From Protoeuglena noctilucae (taxonomy: Eukaryota), in assembly GCA_958009085.1 (NCBI GenBank), contig OY253674.1, forward strand, positions 310,001 through 374,000: 64,000 nt of DNA, given 5' to 3'. Below the pieces are notes generated by a model, which was not told the origin of the DNA, made no database searches, and was given only the letters and a program-made list of their open reading frames with translations. Shown piece by piece: positions 1-10,401 of the stretch (its first letter is position 1; every line of letters begins with the position of its first letter). The position numbers and the translations under genes are program-made.

Positions 1-1593
1 CGCCGATGCAGCGTGGCTGGGCCCCTCCAGCACCGTCTCTAGGTTCCCCTGGGACGACGCGCGCAGGCGCCGCATGCTGGGGACCTGTGGGCACGCAACC
101 TGGCTGAGCTTCACACGTCGCGCCGCTCTGCAACGGCGGCTGGCGGCTGCCCGTCAGCGCAGAGCGGCGCGCTGTTCCCGCCGATTCGGTGCTCACCTGG
201 GGCAGAGTCGGGCGTGCCTCGCCGAGGAGTCGTTCGAGCAGGCACACGCCCACGCGGCTGTCTCCCATTGCCTCGAGAGCCATGTCCGCCAGCTCCGGCC
301 ACGGAGGCGATCGCAGGCGGCCCGCCAAGTCCATGAACCCATCCACCATGGCCGTCACGTGGGCGGACGTCGACGCGTTGCCGAGCTCGCCCCCCGGCGC
401 TGCAGTGCATGGCGCAGGGCCCTGCCGTCCAACGGTCTGCTCTCATGGGCTACGCGGGGCGCAAGCGCATCGAGCTCCTCACCAAAGCACCCAAAGCACA
501 GGCGCAGGCTCTCGAGCGCCTCCTCGCGGCGCTGGCGGTCGGCCTGGGACGGCGACGACGGCAGAGCGAGGGACCCCGGCCTCAGGTCCTGCCCGTGCGA
601 CCACGATGCCGGGAGCGGCCCGCACGGGTCCTGCCCGCTGGCCACGCCCACCATCATGCGGAAATGCACGGCGGCGGCGTCCCGGTAGTGCCGCTGGTCC
701 GCCAGGCACCTGGCGAACATCCTGCGTCCCAACGCGGCGTCGCACGAGGTTGTTACGACCGTCCGCAAGCCAAGCGAGGCCCTCCTGAACGGGCGGGGGC
801 GCAGCTCTCACCTGAGGGCGATGGCGTCGTACTCGGAGCTCCCGTGGCTGATCAGGTAAGACTGCATCTCCGGGCTGAGGCCGCGCACTGCGATGTCCGT
901 GGCAAAGACGAGCCGGGCGGCGCGGCGGAGGTAGGCCACGGGCGCGGGGCACGACGGCTCGCATGACAGGGCCACGCACTGGACGCAGGGTTGAGGGGCC
1001 GGCCTTGGGCGTGGGGCGGAGCCAGCAGTGGTTGTGCGCAAGGCACTGGCATGGCGCAGACCGCCACCCCTGCTATGGAGCTGCGCCCAAGCTCCCCGCG
1101 ATGCTCCGCAAGGTCGGCACGTACCTTGCTGGCCGTCGTGCGGCGGTACGTCTCAGCTGCGGCCTTGTCGTCGTAGCTCGTCGTCAAGTCGGCCTCGGTC
1201 ATGGGCATGCGCGTGATGGGGTCGCCGTTGTTCCCCTGGCGCAGCCACCTTACGATCGCCTCGCGCTCGTACTTGCGACCGGACCGCCCGATCACCGGCT
1301 CGCGGAAGAGCTCGGAGGAGAGCGGGCAGACGAGGTGCGAAGGGTCCTCAAACAGCGCATGGTGCTCCGGCGGGACCTCGGCGGGCTCATCCATGTCCGA
1401 TGTGTCAATGCTCTCTGGAGGGCTCGGGCGCCTGCGGATGCCCGCGCAAAGGGTGCTTCCGACGGGCTGGGCGGGTTGGTGCCGCAGGGAGTGGGAGGGC
1501 GTGGGAGTCCCACCTGGTCCGGTGCGATTTGGCATGCGAGGGCGGTGCACTCGGCGGCGTCCGGAAGTAGTCCATGTGCTGCTGCGTCGCCAT
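1..1593 (-). CDS. U-box domain protein (putative E3 ubiquitin ligase), spliced, 3' end runs off the window
   Basis: U-box signature DPSHLVCPLSSELFREPVIGRSGRKYEREAIVRWLRQGNNGDPITRMPMTEADL. ATG at 1593 (MATQQHMDYF) joins it through a GT-AG intron. Further spliceable exons continue to position 1. Confidence 0.85.
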
Positions 1594-1951
1594 GTCCGGG
1601 CGAGGCGTCGACAGGCCGCCAGGCTCCAACCAGTCAGCCACCCACGGAGCCTGCTGTTGCCGCCTAAAGGTTGCACCTCAGGGGCCCCGTGACCCCGTGC
1701 CGCCTTGTGCGCCGGGAACAATTTCCGTCCGCGCGCTCCCGCCCCCTGGCGCGCGAGCGGATGCGCAGCTTGGGGAGATCTGCACTGGAGATGTGTTCTG
1801 GCTCGCGCTGGCGGTGCCGAGGGTCGCTTTGACTCTGCCTGGAAGATATGGTTGTCAAGAACTCACCCAAGAACCTGTTGCGCCCAGGGCGACGGGGGCG
1901 GCCCGGTACGACGCGGCTCTTGCGAAAGGGTTTCCCCTGTTGTGTGCTCAG

Positions 1952-2442
1952 GACGCCCTGGAGACGGCGAGGGACAACCTGGACTCGTTCGAGGGCATCG
2001 AGGCGGCAGTGGAGCTTGTCGAGAGCGATGTGGCCCAAGCACCCAAGTTCCTTTCCTGCTATCACCACCGGGCGCAGACCGTCATCAGCAACCCGCCGTT
2101 CGGCACGCGCTGCAAGGGCGCCGACGTCGCCTTCATCGAGGCCGCCTTCCGGCTGGCACCCGGCGGGGTCCTGTACTCCCTCCACAAGGCGAGGATTGGA
2201 TTAAACATCCGCAGCATGTCCTGCATGCAACCTGGTCACGCTACTCTGCCACGCGCGCCCGGCCCATGCAGACCAGCACCCGGGAGCACTTGGCCAAGGT
2301 GGGGGCGCGCCTGGGCTCGAACGGGTGTGGCGCCATCGCGCAAATGAAGTTTGACGTGCCCGCCCTGTACAAATTCCACCGGGAGGCCAGCAAGGACATC
2401 GATGTGGACCTGTGGCGCTTCCCCATCCCTGAGCGTGCTTGA
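1952..2442 (+). CDS. METTL5: METTL5-like rRNA N6-adenosine methyltransferase, C-terminal half only
   Basis: Exons DALETARDN...TVISNPPFGTRCKGADVAFIEAAF...VLYSLHK | TSTREHL...MKFDVPALYKFHREASKDIDVDLWRF match METTL5 hallmarks (NPPFGT, YSLHK-STR, YKFH). Intron 2189-2271 is GC-AG. No N-terminal exon found in the window. Confidence 0.85.
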
Positions 2443-2447
2443 CTGAG

Positions 2448-3490
2448 TCATGCGGACGGCGTGACGGCGAGGAGCGAGATGTCGAACACGAGCGTGCGGT
2501 TGAAGGGGCTCCGGTCGAACATCCTGCGATGGGCGAATGCACTTCAGTCTCGTCACGCATCCGGCGTCGCATGAGCCCTGCCTGCAAAGGCAGATCGCAG
2601 ACAGCGCATTGCGCACTTGTTGTCGAGGACAAAGTCCAGGGAGCGCGAGCCGCCCAGGTCCTTGGGTTGCGGTCCAATCGCGTACGTCAGCGAGCCCGGC
2701 ACGAAACGCCGCTCTCGGCTCAGAGGGTAGGCCAATTGCTGCGGGCAGGAGCCGGCGCAGGCCGTCAGTGCCGCATCCCAGGGGATATGCGGACAGGGCG
2801 CGTCTGCCGTTGCTTAACAGCCCCCCGCGCACCTCCATCAACTCCCCGGGCACCTCGATGCGGCACAGCCCTCCCTTTTTCATGCGCATCACGGCCTCCT
2901 CGAACGCCTTGATCGTCGTGCCGTCCCCAATCACGAACGAGTACGGCTCATCGCGCACAGACGTGTTGTCAATCCGATGCTGTCGGTAGCCCGCTGTGAA
3001 CCCGGCCCAGTGGACCGAGACGCGGTCCCCACGCTGTGGCACGGGGCCGCTGCCATCGCGAATGTCCAGCACGCGAAGACCCGATGGCAGCGTCTGGAAG
3101 GAGCTGCTCGCTGACCCCCCGCGTTCTTCTGCCGCATCAGCCGGGCTGGCCACGCCTGCTGCCACCACTGCGGCAGCTAGCATGGCCAGCTCTCTCCTCC
3201 TGCAAGCGGCGAAAGAGGAGCGTTTGAGCAAGGGCGCCATCGACCCATCGACGCGCTGGTCAGGCCACGGGTTGCCATGCATGAGCCACTCACGTGCACG
3301 AAGTCCTCACGGCCCTGACTTCGTCGGTGACATCGCGATGGCAGCTTGAGCAGATGGTAAACGCTCTCTTGCGTTCGTCAACGCGATACGCCGGCGCAAG
3401 GACGCGCCACGGTCGCAACGGTCGCAACGCTCGGGTCGCCGGGTGCACCCACCCCGACGACAGCCCGGCTCGCAGCGCACAGCCCTCCAT
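2448..3490 (-). CDS. Thylakoid-lumen FKBP-type peptidyl-prolyl isomerase (FKBP19-like)
   Basis: Twin-Arg signal RRRELAMLAAAVV...ADA, then FQTLPSGLRVLDIRDGSG...GDRVSVHWAG, KAFEEAV, GPQPKDLGGSRSLDFVLDN and RTLVFDISLL. Start is approximate. Confidence 0.85.
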
Positions 3491-3782
3491 CTCTAGCTGA
3501 CTCGCGACGCCGCAAGTATCAGAGCGCGGAGCTGCTGCTCAGCGCCTTGGAGAGACGGCTGGAGACGCAAGAGTGCGTTTCTGGCTGCCATTGCCACGAT
3601 TCGGCGTGTCCTGCCGAGAGCGGGAGGTACTCTGTTGGCGTCGATTTCCACAAGCGCGGTGGGGACCTCCCGACTGCCACAGACGGCCCCTTTTGTCGTG
3701 AGGAGGGAGAAACGTGGCAGGAGACTGCAGGGGGCGCAGGCATTCACAGATGACCGCGCGCTAGGGTTGGGTGGTTCGCGCC

Positions 3783-6700
3783 ATGCGGCGTGGGGTTGTC
3801 CGCCTGAGCGGCGGCCTGGTGGGGCTCTGGAGCGGTGAGTTGATTCACTTACTCTCCAGCCCAGAGGCCCTATCATGCAATCGCTGCGCTCTTCCCGATA
3901 AGTGGCATCGATCGCGAGGATCCACATACCCTGCCCGCCCCCGCACTCTCTCCATTCTCTGGACATCGCAGGGCGATCGTCAGCGACTGGTCGGTTGCAT
4001 CCGCACGTGGACGGCGCCGCTCGGCGCGCGATGGGAAACGTGCACAGCGTTCCATTCGTGCCTAAGGAGAGGGAGGATGCGCGGCTCGTCCGGGCCCTGG
4101 CTGCATCCGTGCTGTGCCGGGCGGGCTTCTGCATCGGCGTCGTTCTCCACGCGCGCTACCGGTCCGCCGCCGCCGTGCCCGAGACCACATTGCTACGCGT
4201 GACATACCGGCCGCCGAAGGACGCCCCACTGCGTCCTCCCGCTGCCAGCTGGCCCCAGCAACAGGCGTCGGCCCCGGCTGTCCAGACCTCGCAGCCCGCG
4301 CCAACGCGTGCCGCTGCCGGGGCGACTCGGGCGACGGAAAGTAGAGCGCCGGACGTCGACGTGCCGGCCACGTCGCGTGGGCCCCTCCCAGGTCGACAGG
4401 GCAGGCAGGCCCAACAGGGCAGGCAGGCAGGCGCCGCTGAGGCTGCCCTGCACGCAGCCCCTCGCCCCGCGGTCGCCGCGTCCGAGACCGGGTCTTCGAG
4501 CAGCCATCTGCCTGGGCCCCGTCCTAGCCTGTCCAGCCCCGCTCAGGTGGCCCGCCGGGTCCCCGGGATGCGTCGTCGGTTGACGGAGGAGGAGCTGGAG
4601 CGCCGGCGGGCGCGCCTGACGCCAGAGGAGCGCATGCGCCGCCGCAAGTACGATCGATACAACCCCGAGAGGCACCGCGTTCAGGACTCGTTCGGACGGG
4701 GCTACCTCCGGCAGCTTCCCTCGTTGAGGTGCGGTGCCGCTCGCCCTTTACGTGAATGCGACCGCGATGCGAATGCTGGGCGTGTAGAAGCTGATATAAC
4801 TGATCGAATGCGCGGGGACGCAGCCTGCAGCATCTCTTGTGTGGCTGCAGCGATGGGCCCGTGGCGGAGGAGGTGGTGGTGCGGCTGCGGGAGGTGTCTG
4901 CGGACCCGAGCCGCGTGGATAAGCTGGCGATGGTGATGCACCGCATGACGAAAGCCATGAAGCATGGGAAACTCAAGGTGAGGGGAGTTCTTGCTGGCGC
5001 TAGAAGCTTCATTGGTCACGCCTACCAGGCCGTGAGTACTGACGTGTGCTTTCTTGGACGTGCAGGGCATGCCTCCTGACGTGATCGACAACCTGGCCGA
5101 TAGTTTCGTGCGCAACGCGGAGTTCGCGTCCCCCAAGGCCTCCTCACTCATGCTGCATTCCATGCTCAAGCTGCGCGCCAGACCGTCCGCCATGCTCCAG
5201 GACGCAGGCAAGGGGCAGGGGAACAGGGGCGGCGTCATGCATTGCACCGCATCTGCTTTGCCTCGCTATGCCGCGGCGCGCGCTCTCCTGGGCTGGGCAC
5301 CTGTCCATTGGTTGTGAGCGATGACTGGCCTGGCATGGCCACCCACACTGCGCCTGACGCCAGTCCATCACTTGCCACTTCTCCGCAGCTCTGCGCAACG
5401 TCCTTCGCGGCTTGGAGTTGGGCCGGGCCGCGCCGATGGATGCGCTCATGACGCTGCACAGCCTCGCGCTGGTCGCCAAGGAGGGCTGGGGCATCCCCCA
5501 GTCTGAGCCCCTCGAGCGTATGGCAAAGGCGATCTTGCTCGCCGACGGGGAGCTGCCGGGAATCGATCCTCGCGAGACGGCGACGCTGCTGTGGTCGGCC
5601 GGCACGCTGCGCGTGACGGTGGGGGCGGCCCAGGCGTGCGCGCTCGTCACCGCGCGTGCGGCGGGCATGGACTCGACGTCTTGCTCCGTGGCGATGACGG
5701 GCCTCCGGGACCTGGCGGCGGCCAGCGGTTTTGACGTGGCCCGGCGGGCGTCACAAGACATCGCGGGCGGGGCCGACGGCGATGGGCGCGCCAGCACCCG
5801 CCAGGCGGACGACGCGCAAGGGTCGATTGCACCGAGTGCATGGAGCGCGGCTGCGTCTGCGCTCCTGGCTCGACTGACGGAGCTCACGGGTGGGATGGCC
5901 CCAGGGCAGGGTCGTGCCGCGCAGGGCCTGGAGCCCAGTCAGGGGAAGCCAGTCGCTTCGGTATCTGACAGAGACGTCAACGGAGTTTTGGCGGGCCACG
6001 GGCGCGGGGGAGTGTCAACTCGGGCCCCATGGGACGGCGACGGGAGGGCGGAGGCTGTGGGGGCAGACAGTGCACGAAGCAGCAGCGCATCAGGAGCGTC
6101 CTCCCGCTCCTCGCTGCTGACGCCGGCGCAGTGGGAGACGGCGATGGCGGGGGCGTTCGCTCTGCGGGCGCATGTTCCGCCCGGTAGAGCGGACGCACTG
6201 TCGGGGGCATTGGCGCACACGCTTGGTCGTCGGGGCCTCCTATACTTCATGGACAGGCCCTGGTCCCTGGCTTCCCTGGTCCGTCATTTAGGCGGAGTTG
6301 GCGTGCGCATCGAGGGCCAGCTTCTCTCTGTGCTGCACGCGTGGCTCGATGGCTTCGGCTCAGGCATGCACGCCTGGGGCCCTGCCGAGGTCCTGCCGGT
6401 TCTCAGGTGCGCATTATCCTGTGCGCACTGTCCTGTGCCGTCCCAAGTACCAACACCAGGGATGTCCTTGTTTGATCTCGACATGGGCTGGGAGCATGGC
6501 GCCCACCTTGTTGCGCATTTGCCTCACCCACTGGCACTCTGGGTAGCAGCGCTAGCAATATGGCAAGTGCATCCCTACACCTGAGGTTCCTAACAACCTT
6601 GAGTACTCCTCGATGCTCGCAGGGGCCTGGGTGACTCACTGCGTGCCGGGCCCTTGGCAGATGGAGAAGGAGAGGTTCTGGCGGGGGTTTTCAAGGGGCT

Positions 6701-7823
6701 GATGGACATCCAGGTCGCGTCCATATGCGGGGAGGCGTCTGGGGGCAGGGGGCGCGACGGCGGAGGGGCCGGGCCGTCGCAGGGCACCGCGCCGTCGCCG
6801 GAGGTGGTGGCGCGGGCGTGCCGTGCGGTGTTTGAGTGGGGCGCGTTGGCGAGGACCCAAGGGGTGTCCCCCGATCTTTCCGGCATAGAGCGCCTCTTCG
6901 GCGTCGTCGTGGCCGGCGCGCGGAACTCGGGGTGCGACCCCTTGCTCGTGCGGGACGCGCTGGTGGCGGCGCGGTGGATCTACCGCGGTTGCGGGTCCCG
7001 GCCCCTCCTCGACGCCGTGACTGCGCTCGAGTCCGCGTGCATCGACGCGGGGGTGTGGAAAGAGCGGCCGCGGCGGCGCAGTCGGGGCGGTGCCTCTGCG
7101 GGGCCACCGATGGGCAAGGAGGGTGAGGGCGCGGCCAAGCAGCTGAGGGGGCCGCGGCAGGCGACGGAAGCGCAAAGCTTTGGGCACAGGGCGGGCACGT
7201 GGAGGGCGCGTGCCAAGGAGCCATCACGGGACGACGACGGCGATCCCAGCGCGGGTTTGGAGGCCGCACGGCAGGGCTCTGACATCAGCACGACCGCCCC
7301 ACAGCGCGACGGTCTTGTGTCGGCTCTCTTGGTCAACTCCCTGGGCTTCTTTGGTGAGAGCCCGAGTGAGGTGACACGGTCTTCGAGCCGCCGCCGGAGA
7401 TCGGGGAGCAGGGCCGCCTTGGATGAGGGGCAGGCAGCAAGCTCCCGGTGCTTTGGGGAGGGTACGGTGGCTAAGTCTTCTGAGGCGGCGGCAGGGATGG
7501 GTACGGCACCGGGAGTCCAACCCAGCACTTTGGGACTCGAAGCTGGCGGGGCGGGGCTCGAGGCGGGTGTCTCAGATGCGGGCGACGGTGGGAAGGGTGG
7601 CGTGGGGGTGCCACGTGTTGGGGACGATTCTACACAGTCTGGGGGCCGCTGGTCTCTCTGGATCAGCGGCGACCTGCTTGCGTCGGGCGTCAGCGGCTTG
7701 CGCACGAGCGCAGGGACTCGCTTCGTGCGCGACAAGTTGCACGTGGCGGAGCACAAGTGGATCGACCGGCCCTTACAGGGACCGGAGGCGGGGCCGCGCC
7801 GCACGCGGATCGCGCGCGGCTGA
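3783..7823 (+). CDS. Large hypothetical protein with OPR/FAST-like helical repeat segments, probably organelle-targeted
   Basis: Exon 1 MRRGVVRLSGGLVGLWS splices in frame (3835-3971) to long exons. DPRETATLLWSAGTL and SPKASSLMLHSMLKL resemble OPR-type repeats. Stop at 7823. Confidence 0.55.
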
Positions 7824-8005
7824 GAATCCGTGCCATTGACTGATATTAGTTGTTAAACGAATCATAGGTGTGCGCTAGTTCAACGATAAAGACCTCTGTG
7901 ACACGGTGACGTCCGCGTCGTGCTCCGCCCTTCCAACACTCTCTGCATCCAGTCACCCTCCCTGGCGGGCCAACCCCTGCTACGTCCGGCGCATCCATCG
8001 ACATG

Positions 8006-10152
8006 TCAATCGCTCTGCTTCTTCAGCTTCTCAAACCGCTTCATCAGGTCGTCCACGTCGGCTTTGGGCGGAGCGCCCGGGGCAGCGTTGGAGGACGACG
8101 TGCGACGCACACCAAAGGAGTCGGGCAGGTCCATCTTCCCGCCCCCGCCGTTCATCGGCGGCGGGCCGGACAGATCCGGGAAGTCCACCCCGCCGCCCTT
8201 GTCGTTCATGGCTGCGAGCTCTGCGGGCGACACCACGCGTCCCACGGGGACGTCCCCCAGCCGCCCGTCCTTGGACCCCGGACTGAAGATCGGGTGGACC
8301 CCGCTCGCCGCCTTCTCCTCCGGTGATGCCTTGCCGTCCACTCGGTACTCTGGCAGGGGCCACCGGTCGGCACCGTCACCGTGGGCGTTCAATGTCCCCG
8401 CCTCCGGGACCTCGAATGCCGCGGACGTCGTCATGTCCTCGTAGCGACGACGCAGGGACTCGTAGCGAGACGCGGCGTCCGCGGCGGCCCGGGCGGCGTC
8501 CGCGGCTTGCTGCGCTGTGGCGCGCGCCTCTTGGGCAGCTTGCTGGAGCTCGCTCCTGCGGACGGCACGAGACCCACCGGCGCTCGCCAAGGCACAGGAC
8601 GCGGCCGCAGTCCACGACTCTAGCACGCTCATGACTGCTGCGCCATAGCGCATGGTACCAACCACTGTGCTCCCAATCACAGAGGGGCAGTGGCACCCCG
8701 TCCTCGCACTTACCGAAGGGCAACGAGAGACTTCGGGTCCGTCCCCGGTGCCAGTCCCACGGCGTTTCCCTCTCCGTAAAGGTCCGCGAGGGCCTCTGGG
8801 CTCGCCCTGCAGTCAAGCCAGGGCCGCAGATCCCCACGTGCACCGGGAGAGAGGGCGTCCAGCCCAGCATGGCACACTGCCGCGACTAACAAAGAGTCGA
8901 GATATTACCCACTCTGCCAAGGTCCCTGTCCTCACCCGCTGTGCGTCCCAGCGCCCTTGCTCCCGGCCGCAGCGCCCTTGGCACCGTTGGCGCTGGTGCC
9001 CATGTCGAGGAGGGGTGGCAGATCCTTGGCCAGGAACGTCGAGAGCTCCCCGGTCGCCTTCTGCTCGTCTATCGTGATGTTGTATTCCGTGGCGATCGAC
9101 CGAAGTTGTGCCATCTTGGTCTCTTGCGCGGGCGGAGCCACGCTCAGCCCCGCCACCTGCAAGCGCCCGGTGCGTCGCTTTGGGTAAAGCATGCGTGGTG
9201 CCAGAGGTGCAGGTGCGTGCGGGACGCGGCCCGTGCACTCACCAGCTGCCGGGACACCCAGCTGCGGGGATTCTCCGGATGCTTCTCCCTCACATCCTTC
9301 GGGAGGTCCTCCGCTCGCTCGCACGAGCAAGCGCGAACAAAGTCCCGGCCGAACTTGCCCCCGAGGCCCTGGGCCACCTGCGTGAGTTCCGGGACGTCCA
9401 TCAGGCGCGACGAGGCGTAGATGACGGACGCCACGGCCTCGCGCATGTCGTCCGGAAGGCCGGAAGTCTGCTCCAGGTGGCTGCGGGCACCGCCGACGGG
9501 CCAAGCTTGTGAGAGTTGTGCTGAAAGCTTGCGCTAGCTGTGGCATTCTTGACAGGACAAACCAACTGCGCACCGGACGCGGGCGGCGATGAGCTCGAGA
9601 AAGATCTCCAGGTGCTCGAGCGCGATGATGAGGCCCTTCTCGCGCAGGATGTTCTCCACCCGAATGCGGGCAGTGTCGTATCGATCGTCCTCCATCTGCT
9701 GTGACACATCCCGGCGCATGTTTTGCACCTGCGTGCGCAGGCTAGAGTAGAGCACGATGCGAGGGGCCGCGAGGTGCCGCGACACGAAGCTAGGCTCAGC
9801 CATGCATGCACAGGTTCCGGCAGCGACAGTTGCGAGGGTCCTGACTGCCGCCCAGTGCCGCTCAGTACGCCCGGAGGGGCGCGAGAGGTGCGGAGACACG
9901 AGACACGGGCCTGGGGCGCCCTCGCGCCACGGTGGGGTCGCTGGCGCTGCCGTGAGAACCGCCACCCTTTCTACCACGTGATATCAACACGCCAGACACC
10001 ATGGCATGCCATGGCGTGAACGGCGCACAGCCCTAGGGCAGAAGACTCACGATGGCGCGCTTCTTGTTTGTCACAAGCCGCACGCGGCCCAGACACAGCT
10101 TGAGCGCGATGCTCGTCTTGCTGGCGTTGAAGGAGGACCCAAACCACCCCAT
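8006..10152 (-). CDS. IST1: IST1-like regulator of Vps4 (ESCRT-III associated)
   Basis: MGWFGSSFNASKTSIALKLCLGRVRL, DTARIRVENILRE, EAVASVIYASSRLMDVPEL and a C-terminal MIM motif DVDDLMKRFEKLKK. Confidence 0.9.
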
Positions 10153-10401
10153 CTTTCACGCGGTCCCTGAGCGTGCGAGGACACCCGCGGTGCTTTGCAA
10201 AGAGCGGGCGCAGAGCGGGGACGTGGAGGGGCTGGGGGGGGATCTGGGTCTGAGGGGAACACGTCGCACGCGCGCTTCTTGCCCACGCGGGCCCCGCGGC
10301 TTGCCAGGGGTGCCTGAAACCTCGGTGTCGACTGGCAGGCCGTTTGTCGACCCCGCCTGCGCGCGCCCCCGGCCAGTTGCGCACGAAGGCGAGGTGACAC
10401 A

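Noticed and set aside
9999..10014. Palindrome CCATGGCATGCCATGG in IST1 intron 1
   Set aside because: Isolated short palindrome with no supporting boxes or copies.
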